DNA of 24,366 bases from Candidatus Methylomirabilia bacterium (GCA_041497895.1 JBGQHJ010000072.1:1-24366), one strand, 5' to 3'. Numbered from the stretch's first letter, positions 8,967 through 19,421 are shown. Made by a program: numbers and translations. Notes: generated from the sequence alone by a model not told the origin.

Positions 8967-9017
8967 GCCGCAGCCGAAGGCGAGGCGAACGCATTTGAAA
9001 GAGGGGTTACGGCAGAC

Positions 9018-10220
9018 ATGACGGATACCAAGACGCTGATCGAGTGGGCGGACAAGCACCTGATGACCACCGCCAAGCGCGCCCCGGTGGCGCTGGTGCG
9101 CGGCGAAGGGGTGCGGGTGTGGGACAGCGACGGCAAGGAGTACCTCGACTTCACCGGCGGCATCGCGGTGACCGCGCTCGGCCACAGCCACCCCAAGGTG
9201 GTGGGCACGATGCGCGAGCAGGCGGCCACCCTGCTCCACGTCTCGAACCTCTTCTACATCCCGCAGCAGACCCAGCTCGCCAAGCTGCTCTGCGACCACT
9301 CCTTCGCCGATCGGGTGTTCTTCTCGAACTCGGGCGCGGAGGCCAACGAGTCCGCGATCAAGCTCGCCCGCAAGTGGGCCAAGGAGCACGGGGCCAGCGA
9401 CCGCGGGGACATCATCACGATGCGGGGCGGCTTCCACGGCCGCACCCTCGCCACCGTCACCGCCACCGCGCAGGAGAAATACCACCACGGGTTCGAGCCG
9501 CTGCCGGGCGGGTTCAAGTACGTGCCCTTCAACGACCTGCGCGCGGTGGAGCGGGCCATCGACAGTCACACCGCCGCGGTGATGGTCGAGCCGATCCAGG
9601 GCGAGGGCGGGATCAACATCCCGGACGACGGTTACCTTCCCGGCCTCCGCAAGCTCTGCGACGAGGCCGGAGTTCTGCTGGTGCTGGACGAGATCCAGAC
9701 CGGCATGGGGCGCACCGGACGGCTCTGGGGCTACGAGCATTCCGGGATCGAGCCCGACATCATGACCCTGGCCAAGGCCCTCGCCAACGGGGTGCCGATC
9801 GGCGCCACCCTGGCCACCGAGAGCGTGGCCTCCGCGTTCACCCCCGGCACCCACGGCTCCACCTTCGGCGGCAACCCCTTCGTCACCGCGGTCGGCCTCA
9901 CCGTCTTCACCACCATGATGGAGGAGCGGCTGCCCGAGCGGGCGGCCGCCACCGGCCGCCTGCTGCGGGAGCAGCTCGAGGCGGTGCGCGCCCGGCAGCC
10001 CAAGGCCGCCACCGCGGTGCGGGGCCGGGGCCTCCTGGTCGGCATGGACCTGGTGCCGCCGGTCGGCGACGTGATCTCGGCCTGCCGGCAGCGGGGGCTG
10101 CTCGCGCTGAGCGCGGGCGACAACACCCTGAGGCTCGCGCCGCCGCTGGTGGTGGACGAGGCCTCGGTGCGGCGCGCGGTCGAGATCATCGACCAGGCCC
10201 TGGCCGGTTTCGTGCGGTGA
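9018..10220 (+). CDS. argD: Acetylornithine aminotransferase (class III PLP)
   Basis: [44 protein letters not shown] and HGSTFGGNP; lies in the arg cluster. Confidence 0.95.
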   Translation: MTDTKTLIEWADKHLMTTAKRAPVALVRGEGVRVWDSDGKEYLDFTGGIAVTALGHSHPKVVGTMREQAATLLHVSNLFYIPQQTQLAKLLCDHSFADRVFFSNSGAEANESAIKLARKWAKEHGASDRGDIITMRGGFHGRTLATVTATAQEKYHHGFEPLPGGFKYVPFNDLRAVERAIDSHTAAVMVEPIQGEGGINIPDDGYLPGLRKLCDEAGVLLVLDEIQTGMGRTGRLWGYEHSGIEPDIMTLAKALANGVPIGATLATESVASAFTPGTHGSTFGGNPFVTAVGLTVFTTMMEERLPERAAATGRLLREQLEAVRARQPKAATAVRGRGLLVGMDLVPPVGDVISACRQRGLLALSAGDNTLRLAPPLVVDEASVRRAVEIIDQALAGFVR

Positions 10221-11130
10221 AGCACTTCCTGTCGATCCGCGATCTGGCGCGGGAAGACCTCCCGCGTCTCTTCGCGCTCATGGCCGAGCTCAAGGCCCGG
10301 ACCAAGGCGCGCGACCGCTCGACCCCCCTGCCTGGGCGGACGATGGCGCTCATCTTCGAGAAGCCGTCGCTGCGCACGCGCGTGACCTTCGAGGTCGCGA
10401 TGGTCCAGCTGGGGGGCGCGGCGGTGTACCTGGCCGCGCAGGAGATCGGGATGGGCAAGCGCGAGTCGGTGCCCGACGTGGCCCGCAACCTCTCGCGCTG
10501 GGTGGACGTGGTGGCGGCCCGGGTGTTCTCGCACAAGACCCTCGAGCAGCTCGCGGCCAATGCCTCGATCCCGGTGATCAACGGGCTGTCGGACCTCGAG
10601 CATCCCTGCCAGGCCATGGCCGACTTCTTCACGCTCTGGGAGCGCGGCGTGGACCTGGCCAAGCTGCGGCTGGCCTGGGTGGGCGACGGCAACAACGTCT
10701 GCAACTCGCTCCTGCTGGTGGGGGCGATGCTGGGCGCCACCGCGGTCGTGGCGACCCCGCCCGGCTACGAGCCGGACGCGCGGGTGCTCGAGGCCTGCCG
10801 GGCGATGGGCGGGCGCGTGCGGCTCACTACCGAGGCTCGCGAGGCGCTCGAGGACGCCGACGTGATCTACACCGACACCTGGATCAGCATGGGACAGGAG
10901 GGGGACCGCGAGCAGCGGCTCGAGGCGTTCCAGCGCTACCAGCTCAACGACCGGCTCCTGGGCTTCGCCCCCGGCGACGCGCTGGTCATGCACTGCCTGC
11001 CCGCCCACCGCGGGGAAGAGATCACCGACGCGGTGCTCGACGGGCCGCGCAGCCTGATCCTGGAGCAGGCCGAGAATCGCCTGCACGCGCAGAAGGCCAT
11101 CATTCTCAACCTGCTGGGTGGGGACCAATC

Positions 11131-11134
<4 letters not shown>
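10217..11134 (+). CDS. argF: Ornithine carbamoyltransferase
   Basis: [34 protein letters not shown]. The GTG at 10217 overlaps the argD stop (GTGA). Confidence 0.95.
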
Positions 11135-12339
<1,205 letters not shown>

Positions 12340-12358
12340 GCGGTCCCGCGCTCTCGTG

Positions 12359-13132
12359 ATGCGGGTGCACGTGGCGCTGAGCCCATCCGAGTTCGCCGAC
12401 GCCCCGGTGTCCGGCCGCACCGTGCTGGCCGTCGACGTCCTGCGAGCCACCAGCGCGGCGGTGGCGGCCTGCGAGGCGGGCTGCCGCCGGGTGGTGCCGG
12501 TGCCGGACGAGGCGGTCGCGGAGGCGCTGCGCGACGGCGCCGGCGTCGTCCTGGCCGGCGAGCGCGGTGGAAACCCGATCCCCGGCTTCGATCTCGGCAA
12601 CTCCCCGGACGAGTTCACCCGGGCCCGGGTCGAGGGGCGCACCGTGGTCCTCACCACCACCAACGGCACCGCGGCCATGATGCGGGCCGCCACCGGAGCC
12701 GCCGCCGCGCTCGCCGCGCTCACCAACGTGACCGCGGCGGCGGACTGGGCGCGCGATCAGCGGCGCGACGTGACGATCCTGTGCGCGGGCGACAACGGCG
12801 CCTTCTCGCTCGAGGACGCGGTGTGCGCCGGTCTCCTGGTCGTCCGGCTCACCGAGGGCGTGTCCGCGGCGGAGCTCTCCGGAGGGGCGGAGGCCGCGCG
12901 CGCGCTCGGCCGCCACTACGCGGGGCGCCTGCCGCGGCTGGCCGCGGACTCGCTGTGGGCCCGGAGGCTCGCCCACCAGGCCCGCGAGGTCGACCTGGCC
13001 GCGTGCCTGCGCCAGGACGTGAGCGCGGTGGTGCCGGTCTTCGTGGACGGCGGGTTCGTGGGCGGACGGTCGGAGCCGACGGGGCTCGCGGTCGGCGCGC
13101 CCGGCCGCGGCGGGACGGGGGCCGGCGCGTGA
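12359..13132 (+). CDS. comB: 2-phosphosulfolactate phosphatase (ComB) family protein
   Basis: DVLRATS, LAGERGG, FDLGNSP, TTTNGT and FSLED..CAG are ComB family motifs. Start is the ATG at 12359 or the GTG at 12356. Confidence 0.88.
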   Translation: MRVHVALSPSEFADAPVSGRTVLAVDVLRATSAAVAACEAGCRRVVPVPDEAVAEALRDGAGVVLAGERGGNPIPGFDLGNSPDEFTRARVEGRTVVLTTTNGTAAMMRAATGAAAALAALTNVTAAADWARDQRRDVTILCAGDNGAFSLEDAVCAGLLVVRLTEGVSAAELSGGAEAARALGRHYAGRLPRLAADSLWARRLAHQAREVDLAACLRQDVSAVVPVFVDGGFVGGRSEPTGLAVGAPGRGGTGAGA

Positions 13133-13704
13133 ACCTGCCGATCGCGCTCACCCTGTTCCGCATCGTCCTGGTCCCCCCGATCATGGTGTTTTTGATCTCC
13201 TCCTCCCGGGTCAGCGTGCTCATCGCCGCGGTCATCTTCATCGCGGCCTCGGTGACGGACTGGCTCGACGGCCTGATGGCGCGCCGGTGGAACCAGGTCA
13301 CCAAGCTCGGCACCCTGCTCGATCCGGTGGCCGACAAGCTGCTGGTGGCCGCGGCCCTGGTGTCGCTGGTCCACGTGGACATGCTGGCCGCGTGGATGGC
13401 GGTGGTGATCATCGGGCGCGAGCTCGCGGTGACCGGGCTGCGCGGGGTGTCGCTGTCGATGGGCACGGTGGTGCCGGCCTCGTCGCTGGGGAAGGCCAAG
13501 ACCGTCTCGCAGTACACCGCGATCACCCTGCTGATTTTGGAGAAGGGAGTCTCGGTGGACCTCGCGGCCTTCCATCTCGTCTCGCGCACCGCGCTCTGGG
13601 CCGCCCTGGCGCTCACCGTGTTCTCCGGCGCCGACTACTTCTATCGCTTCTTCCTGCACACGAATCCCAAGGACCTCGTCCGGGACCGCGAGCGGTGGCC
13701 CTGA
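13129..13704 (+). CDS. pgsA: CDP-diacylglycerol--glycerol-3-phosphate 3-phosphatidyltransferase
   Basis: CDP-alcohol phosphotransferase motif D..DG..AR......LG..LD..AD, plus RE..V.GLR and GK.KT..Q. The GTG overlaps the comB stop. Confidence 0.93.
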   Translation: MNLPIALTLFRIVLVPPIMVFLISSSRVSVLIAAVIFIAASVTDWLDGLMARRWNQVTKLGTLLDPVADKLLVAAALVSLVHVDMLAAWMAVVIIGRELAVTGLRGVSLSMGTVVPASSLGKAKTVSQYTAITLLILEKGVSVDLAAFHLVSRTALWAALALTVFSGADYFYRFFLHTNPKDLVRDRERWP

Positions 13705-14297
13705 CCGTTCTGGGGGTGCTGGCCGCCTACCTGATCGGGGCGATCCCGGTCGGCTTCCTCGTGGCGCGCGCCGCGGGCGGCACCGATATCCGCCGGGCGG
13801 GCAGCGGCAACATCGGCGCCACCAACGTGCTGCGCACGCTCGGGATCGGTCCCGCCGTGCTCACCCTGGTCGGGGACATCGCGAAGGGCTATCTCGCGGT
13901 GACCGCCGCGCGCTCGATCGGGATCGGCGCGTGGGCCGCGCCGGCCGGCGCGGTGGCCGCGGTCGCGGGCAACTGCTGGCCGGTGTTCCTCGCGTTCCGG
14001 GGCGGCAAGGGCGTGGCCACCGGGCTCGGCGCCTTCCTGGCCCTGATCCCGTGGGCGGTGGTCCCGGCGGCGGGTCTCTGGATCGTGGTGACCGCGTCGT
14101 CCCGCTACGTCTCGCTCGCGTCGATCGTGGCCTGCGTGAGCCTCCCGGTGGGCGCCGCGCTGCTGGGCTACCCGCGCCAGGCGGTGATCGCGGCGGCGGT
14201 GACCGCGGCGATCATCATCTGGCGGCACCGTGAGAACATCGCCCGCCTGGCCAGCGGGAGCGAGCGTCGCCTGGGCGAGCGGGCCCGGACCGCGTGA
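13695..14297 (+). CDS. plsY: Glycerol-3-phosphate acyltransferase PlsY
   Basis: YLIGAIP.G, GSGNIGATN, D..KG, FRGGKGVAT, HRENI.RL..G.E. Probable GTG start at 13695. Confidence 0.95.
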   Translation: MALTVLGVLAAYLIGAIPVGFLVARAAGGTDIRRAGSGNIGATNVLRTLGIGPAVLTLVGDIAKGYLAVTAARSIGIGAWAAPAGAVAAVAGNCWPVFLAFRGGKGVATGLGAFLALIPWAVVPAAGLWIVVTASSRYVSLASIVACVSLPVGAALLGYPRQAVIAAAVTAAIIIWRHRENIARLASGSERRLGERARTA

Positions 14298-15334
14298 GCA
14301 GCCGGCAAGACGATGGCGTCGCGCGCGCCCCGGTGGCGGTGCTCGGCGCCGGGAGCTGGGGCACCGCGCTGGCGATCCACCTGGGCCGCGTCGGCGTGCC
14401 GGTGCGGCTCTGGGCGCGGGATCCGGCGCTGGCCCAGGCCGTGCGCGCCGCGCGGGAGAACGCGCGCTATCTCCCCGGGCTCGCCCTGCCGGACGCGGTG
14501 AGCGTCACCGCGGAGGCCGAGGCTGCGCTCGACGCCGTCGGCACCGTGCTGATCGCGGTGCCATCGCACTTCGTCGAGGCAGTGCTGGCCCGGGTGGCCG
14601 ATCGGGTGACCCCGCGCGCGGTGCTGGTCTCGGCGACCAAGGGCCTCGAGCCCCGGCGGGGCCTGCGCATGTCCCAGCTCCTGGCGGATCGACTGCCCGG
14701 TCGTGTGGTCGCGGTCCTGTCGGGGCCGTCGTTCGCGCGCGAGGTGGGCCAGGGCCAGCCGACCGCCCTGGTGGTGGCGTGCACGAGCGAGGAGGTGGCC
14801 GCGGATCTCCAGCGCCGTCTGGCCGGGCCGGCCCTGCGTATCTACACCAACCGCGACGTGCTCGGCGTCGAGCTGGCCGGCGCGCTCAAGAACGTCATGG
14901 CCATCGCCACCGGCCTCGTGGACGGGCTCGGGCTCGGCGAAAACGCCCGCGCGGCCCTGATCACGCGAGGGCTGGCCGAGATCGTCCGCCTCGGTACCGC
15001 GGTGGGCGCGCAGCCGGCGACGTTCGCCGGCCTCGCCGGCCTCGGCGACCTGGTGCTGACGTGCACCGGCACGCAGAGCCGCAATCACGCGCTCGGCCGC
15101 GAGATCGCCCGCGGCCGCCCGCTCGGCCTGGTCGAGGCCGGCACTCCGATGGTGGCGGAGGGTGTGCGCACCGTGTCCTCCGCGATCCGCATGGCCCGCG
15201 CGGCGGGCGTGGAGATGCCGATCTGCGAGGAGGTCGCGGCGGTGCTGTTCGAGGGCAAGGCGGTGGCGGAGGCCCTAGCCTCGCTCCTGGCCCGCGAGCC
15301 CCGGCCCGAGGAGGAGCGGGTGCCGCATGCCTGA
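14294..15334 (+). CDS. gpsA: NAD(P)H-dependent glycerol-3-phosphate dehydrogenase
   Basis: GAGSWGTALA, TKG, LSGPSFA, GALKNV, GLAGLGDLVLTC, SRN. Confidence 0.97.
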   Translation: MSSRQDDGVARAPVAVLGAGSWGTALAIHLGRVGVPVRLWARDPALAQAVRAARENARYLPGLALPDAVSVTAEAEAALDAVGTVLIAVPSHFVEAVLARVADRVTPRAVLVSATKGLEPRRGLRMSQLLADRLPGRVVAVLSGPSFAREVGQGQPTALVVACTSEEVAADLQRRLAGPALRIYTNRDVLGVELAGALKNVMAIATGLVDGLGLGENARAALITRGLAEIVRLGTAVGAQPATFAGLAGLGDLVLTCTGTQSRNHALGREIARGRPLGLVEAGTPMVAEGVRTVSSAIRMARAAGVEMPICEEVAAVLFEGKAVAEALASLLAREPRPEEERVPHA

Positions 15335-16340
15335 GCTCCGTCGGGATCCGGTGGTGGGCCGCTGGGTGATCATCTCCACCGAGCGGGCGCGTCGCCCCTC
15401 CGACTTCGCGCCCCGCCCACGCCCGCGCAAGGGCGGGCCCTGCGTGTTCTGTGGAGGGCAGGAGCGGCAGACCCCCGAGGAGGTCTGGGCGCTCCGGCCG
15501 GGACGCGGGGGGCCCAACACGCAGGGCTGGCTGCTGCGGGTGGTGCCGAACAAGTTTCCCGCGCTGCGGATCGAGGGCGAGCTCGAGCCGAGCGGGGAGG
15601 GGCTCTACGACCGGATGAACGGGGTGGGGGCCCACGAGGTCGTGATCGAGTCGCCCGAGCACGAGGCGGTGATCGAGCAGCTGCCGATCGCCCACCTGGG
15701 GGAGGTCTTCCGCGCGTACCGCGACCGGATCGTGGATCTCTCGAAGGACCCCCGGCTCGAGTACGTCATGGTCTTCAAGAACCACGGCGACCTGGCCGGC
15801 GCCTCGCTCGAGCACACCCACTCACAGCTCGTCGCCACCCCGGTGGTGCCCCTGATGGTGGAGGAGGAGATCGCCGGGGCGCTCCAGCACCTGCGGATCA
15901 AGAAGCGGTGCATCTGGTGCGACATCATCCGCCAGGAGCGCCAGGAGGGCGGCCGGCTGATCGCCGACCAAGGCGGATTCATGGCCCTGGCCCCCTTCGC
16001 GCCCCGCTTCCCCTTCGAGACCTGGATCCTGCCTACCGCCCACCGCTCGCGGTACGAGGAGACCCCGGTGGAGGAGTTCGCGGCGCTGGCCGCCGTGGTC
16101 AAGCAGGTGCTCGGGCGCATGAGCGAGTTCCTCGAGGACCCTCCGTATAACTTCATGCTCCATAGCGCGCCCCTCCGGGCGCCGGCCCTGGACCATTTCC
16201 ACTGGCATCTCGAGATCATCCCGAAGCTCACGCGGGTGGCGGGGTTCGAGTGGGGCACCGGGTTCTTCATCAACCCGACCCCACCCGAGGAGGCGGCGAA
16301 ATATCTGCGCGGCGAGGCCCCAGGATTGGCCCTAAGTTGA
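15327..16340 (+). CDS. galT: GalT-family (HIT) hexose-1-phosphate nucleotidyltransferase
   Basis: ELRRDP, R..RP, CVFC, NKFPAL, G.HEV.IE, KNHG..AGASLEHTHSQ (HxHxQ), CIWC, HWH, AGFE.GTG..IN. Confidence 0.88.
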   Translation: MPELRRDPVVGRWVIISTERARRPSDFAPRPRPRKGGPCVFCGGQERQTPEEVWALRPGRGGPNTQGWLLRVVPNKFPALRIEGELEPSGEGLYDRMNGVGAHEVVIESPEHEAVIEQLPIAHLGEVFRAYRDRIVDLSKDPRLEYVMVFKNHGDLAGASLEHTHSQLVATPVVPLMVEEEIAGALQHLRIKKRCIWCDIIRQERQEGGRLIADQGGFMALAPFAPRFPFETWILPTAHRSRYEETPVEEFAALAAVVKQVLGRMSEFLEDPPYNFMLHSAPLRAPALDHFHWHLEIIPKLTRVAGFEWGTGFFINPTPPEEAAKYLRGEAPGLALS

Positions 16341-16365
16341 CACTACGCAAGGCTTTTGTTAGAGT
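16337..16365 (+). promoter_or_regulatory. Strong sigma70-type promoter for the tRNA cluster
   Basis: Perfect TTGACA (16337-16342, overlapping the galT TGA), 17 nt, TAGAGT (16360-16365) with a TGn extension; about 30 nt upstream of tRNA-Gly. Confidence 0.8.
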
Positions 16366-16394
16366 CCGTAGCGGTTCTGTGACAGGCGGGCTTT

Positions 16395-16469
16395 GCGGGA
16401 ATAGCTCAGTGGTAGAGCACAACCTTGCCAAGGTTGGGGTCGCGGGTTCGAATCCCGTTTCCCGCTCCA
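16395..16469 (+). tRNA. tRNA-Gly (GCC)
   Basis: GCGGGAA/TTCCCGC acceptor stem, anticodon arm CAACC-TTGCCAA-GGTTG, GTTCGAATC T-loop, encoded CCA. Confidence 0.97.
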
Positions 16470-16489
16470 TATACGTGAGAGGCTGGAAG

Positions 16490-16565
16490 GGCGGCGTAGC
16501 CAAGTGGCTAAGGCGGAGGTCTGCAAAACCTCTATTCAGCGGTTCGAATCCGCTCGCCGCCTCCA
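16490..16565 (+). tRNA. tRNA-Cys (GCA)
   Basis: GGCGGCG/CGCCGCC acceptor stem, U73 discriminator, anticodon arm GAGGT-CTGCAAA-ACCTC, GTTCGAATC, CCA. Confidence 0.97.
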
Positions 16566-16596
16566 TTTCGTGGGAGGCGGTCCAGCGGTCGGGTGG

Positions 16597-16685
16597 GCCG
16601 GGGTGGCGGAACTGGGAGACGCAGCGGACTTAAAATCCGCTGGTCCGTAAGGGCCGTGGGGGTTCGATTCCCTCCCTCGGCACCA
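16597..16685 (+). tRNA. tRNA-Leu (TAA)
   Basis: GCCGGGG/CCTCGGC acceptor stem, anticodon arm GCGGA-CTTAAAA-TCCGC, long variable arm GGTCC-GTAA-GGGCC, GTTCGATTC, ACCA. Confidence 0.96.
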
Positions 16686-16720
16686 GAGCTGCAGCGCACT
16701 CAATCAGGGAGGCTGACAAG

Positions 16721-17176
16721 GTGGAGACCTTGAAGGTAGTCCGGAAGACCTTCACGATGTTGAGCGAGAAACGGACACAGGTCCTGGACATCACCAAGCA
16801 GATCCGGGACATCGTGCTGGGCGCCGACATCAAGGAGGGAATCATTCTGGTCAACTCCCTCCATACCACCTGCGCGCTGTTCGTGAACGAGTTCCAGGGG
16901 GCACTCGTCGAGGACCTCAAGACCATGATGGATCGGCTGGTGGCCGACGGCGCGGGGTACAAGCACGACGACCCCCGCTTCTCGGACTGCGAGCGCGGCA
17001 ACGCGTCCTCCCACCTCCGCGCGGCGCTCCTCGGCCGGAGCGTGGCGGTGGGCATCAGCGGCGGTGAGCTCTCGCTGGGCCGCTTCCAGTCGATCCTCTT
17101 CGCGGAGCTCGACGGACCGCGGTCGCGAAGCATCGACATCCAGATCATGGGAGTCGGGCCGGTCGGGGGGGAGTAG
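16721..17176 (+). CDS. yjbQ: YjbQ / UPF0047 family protein
   Basis: DIT..I, G......HTT.AL.VNE, YKHD, NA.SHL.A.LLG, LG.FQ.I.F.ELDGPR.R. GGAGG Shine-Dalgarno before the GTG. Confidence 0.92.
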   Translation: METLKVVRKTFTMLSEKRTQVLDITKQIRDIVLGADIKEGIILVNSLHTTCALFVNEFQGALVEDLKTMMDRLVADGAGYKHDDPRFSDCERGNASSHLRAALLGRSVAVGISGGELSLGRFQSILFAELDGPRSRSIDIQIMGVGPVGGE

Positions 17177-17362
17177 GCTGTTGCTGGGCTGTCGACCGGG
17201 CGGGCTCATATTGGTCTAAGTCTTCAGGCTTTTTCTCATGCGGGGGCCCCGAAATGGCCCCCGCGCTCCCCCAGGCCGCGGACATTCGTTGATGTCGCGC
17301 GCGCCCCGCTCTCGATCCTGCCCCTGGTGGGCCGCCCCTGCCCGGTGCGGCCGTCTTGCCCA

Positions 17363-17371
17363 TGGTAGACT
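17363..17371 (+). promoter_or_regulatory. Possible extended -10 promoter for the radical SAM gene
   Basis: TG-G-TAGACT ends 10 nt before the ATG at 17382; no -35 box and no clear Shine-Dalgarno. Confidence 0.4.
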
Positions 17372-17381
17372 GACTCGCGCT

Positions 17382-19100
17382 ATGTCCTGGAAACTCAAGA
17401 AGAAGGCTCAGGGGCTCGTCGCGTCCGAAGAGGGCGTGGCGCAAAAGGACTGGGGCGGGCGGGTCCGGATCGCGCTCGTGTATCCGAACACCTACGCGGT
17501 TGGCATGTCGAACCTGGGCTTCCAGACCATCTACGACCACCTGAACGCGCTGCCGCACGTGGTCTGCGAGCGCGTCTTCTTCCCGGACGCCGAGGACCTC
17601 GACGAGCACGCGCGCACCGGCACGCCGCCGTTCTCGCTCGAGTCGCAGCGCCCGCTCATCGACTTCGATCTGATCGGCTTCTCGATCACCTACGAGGGCG
17701 ACTACGTCAACACGGTGCGCCTCCTGCGCATGGCCGGGATCCCGGTGCGCGCGGCCGACCGGGGGCCCGGCGACCCGGTGATCCTGATGGGCGGGGTGTG
17801 CGCCTTCTCGAACCCGGAGCCGGTCGCCGCGTTCATGGACGTGATCGTGGTCGGCGAGGGCGAGGAGGTGGTGGGCGAGCTCGTGGAGGCGTGGACCGCG
17901 AGCGGTCCTGCCGACGACGGCGGCCGCCGGGCCCGCTTCATCGACCGTCTCAAGCCGCTGGCCGGGATCTACGTGCCCGGTGCCTATCGGGTGGCCTATG
18001 GGCCGGAGGGCCACATCGCGGGCGTGAGCCCGGTGGAGCCCGACGTCCCCGCGGTGGTGGTCAAGCGCCGCCTGAAGGACGTCAACCGGTTCGAGACGCG
18101 CTCGTCGCTGAAGACGCCCAAGGCCGAGTACGGTCACATGGAGCTCCTCGAGGTCGGCAAGGGCTGCGGGAGAGGCTGCCGCTTCTGTCTCGAAGGTCAG
18201 GTCTACCGGCCGGTACGGCACCGTAGCCTCGACTCTCTCCGGGAGTCGGTGGCCCGCATCGCGAAGGAATCGAAGCGCGTGGGGCTGGTGGGCGCCTGCG
18301 TCTCCGACTATCCCTGGATCGGCGAGCTCATGCAGGTGCTGGAAGAGCACGGCGTGGAGGTGTCGATCTCCTCGCTCCGGGCCGACAGCCTGACCGAGGA
18401 GCTGGTGGCCTCGCTGAAGCGTGGCGGCCACCGTACGCTGACCATGGCGCCCGAGGCCGGCACCGAGCGGCTGCGCGGAGTGATCCGCAAGGTCATCAGC
18501 GACGCGCAGCTCTACGAGGCCTGCGACCTGCTGCGCCGCTACGGCATCCCCAACCTCAAGTGTTACTTCATGATCGGGCTGCCCACCGAGACCCGCGAGG
18601 ACGTGGAGGCCATCCCGGACCTGGCCGCCCGGCTCCTGGAGCGCTTGCAAATCAGGGGCCCCGACGGGCATCCGTTCGGCAAGCTCACCCTCTCGATCTC
18701 CTCGTTCGTGCCGAAGCCCTGGACGCCGTTCCAGTGGGCGAGCTTCGACGACGCCCGGGCGCTCGAGGCCAAGCTCGACGTCATCAAGCGGGCGGCCCGG
18801 CGACTCGACACCATCCGGGTCGTGCACGAAAACCCGCGGGAGGCCGCGCTACAGGCGCTGCTCGCGCGCGGGGACCGGCGGGTGGCCGACTTCATCGAGC
18901 TGGCCGCCGGCCTCGACGGGGACTGGCGCCGTGCGCTTCGCGAGTGGGACGGCGACGCGGCCTTCTACGCCCGCCGGACCCGCGACGTGGGCGAGATCCT
19001 GCCCTGGGATCACTTCGACGTCGGGGTGAAGAAGGCGGGCCTGCGGCGCGAGTGGGAGCGGGCCTGGGAGGTCGCGGCTCCGGCCGCGGCCGGGGTCTAG
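17382..19100 (+). CDS. Uncharacterised radical SAM protein (TIGR03960/YgiQ-like, B12-binding-like N-terminal domain)
   Basis: YPNTYAVGMSNLGFQ, NPEP, GEGEE, CGRGCRFC (CX3CX2C), SSLRAD, APEAGTERLR, YFMIGLP.ET, FVPKPWTPFQ, LPWD. Start reassigned to the ATG at 17382. Confidence 0.88.
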   Translation: MSWKLKKKAQGLVASEEGVAQKDWGGRVRIALVYPNTYAVGMSNLGFQTIYDHLNALPHVVCERVFFPDAEDLDEHARTGTPPFSLESQRPLIDFDLIGFSITYEGDYVNTVRLLRMAGIPVRAADRGPGDPVILMGGVCAFSNPEPVAAFMDVIVVGEGEEVVGELVEAWTASGPADDGGRRARFIDRLKPLAGIYVPGAYRVAYGPEGHIAGVSPVEPDVPAVVVKRRLKDVNRFETRSSLKTPKAEYGHMELLEVGKGCGRGCRFCLEGQVYRPVRHRSLDSLRESVARIAKESKRVGLVGACVSDYPWIGELMQVLEEHGVEVSISSLRADSLTEELVASLKRGGHRTLTMAPEAGTERLRGVIRKVISDAQLYEACDLLRRYGIPNLKCYFMIGLPTETREDVEAIPDLAARLLERLQIRGPDGHPFGKLTLSISSFVPKPWTPFQWASFDDARALEAKLDVIKRAARRLDTIRVVHENPREAALQALLARGDRRVADFIELAAGLDGDWRRALREWDGDAAFYARRTRDVGEILPWDHFDVGVKKAGLRREWERAWEVAAPAAAGV

Positions 19101-19115
19101 GGCGAAGCCGCCGCC

Positions 19116-19421
19116 ATGGCATCCGTGAAGGTCGCGAAGACCACCGACGTGCCGGTCGGGCAGGGCCTCGTGGTGCAGGCCGGCGCCAAGACCCTCGCCC
19201 TGTTCAACGTGGACGGCGCCTTTCACGTCACCGACAACACCTGCCCCCACCGGGGCGGGCCGATGGGCGACGGAGACCTCGACGGACGGCTCGCCATCTG
19301 CCCCTGGCACGGCTGGCGCTGGGACGTGACCACTGGGGCCAACGCCAACAATCCCGCGGTCAAGATCGCCTGCTTCCCGACCCGCGTGGTCGACGGTGAC
19401 GTCTACGTGGAGCTGCCGTGA
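19116..19421 (+). CDS. Rieske [2Fe-2S] ferredoxin (NirD/dioxygenase-ferredoxin-like)
   Basis: 101 aa with CPHRG...CPWHG ligand motifs; no membrane anchor or Tat signal. Confidence 0.92.
   Translation: MASVKVAKTTDVPVGQGLVVQAGAKTLALFNVDGAFHVTDNTCPHRGGPMGDGDLDGRLAICPWHGWRWDVTTGANANNPAVKIACFPTRVVDGDVYVELP

Noticed and set aside
10355..10385. SLRT instead of STRT in ArgF, suggesting an acetyl- or succinyl-ornithine transcarbamylase
   Set aside because: The DxxxSMG ornithine-binding loop is intact, and SLRT also occurs in ordinary OTCases.
16250..16633. ORFs across the tRNA cluster (16250-16633 on +, 16270-16566 on -)
   Set aside because: They are spurious translations of tRNA genes.
17195..17225. 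dif-like site (ATTGGTCTAAGT) given the nearby xerC
   Set aside because: It is a poor match to the TTATGTTAAAT XerD arm and has no XerC arm symmetry.
16395..17381. Genomic island integrated at a tRNA 3' end
   Set aside because: I saw no duplicated tRNA 3' fragment, no adjacent integrase and no sustained composition shift.
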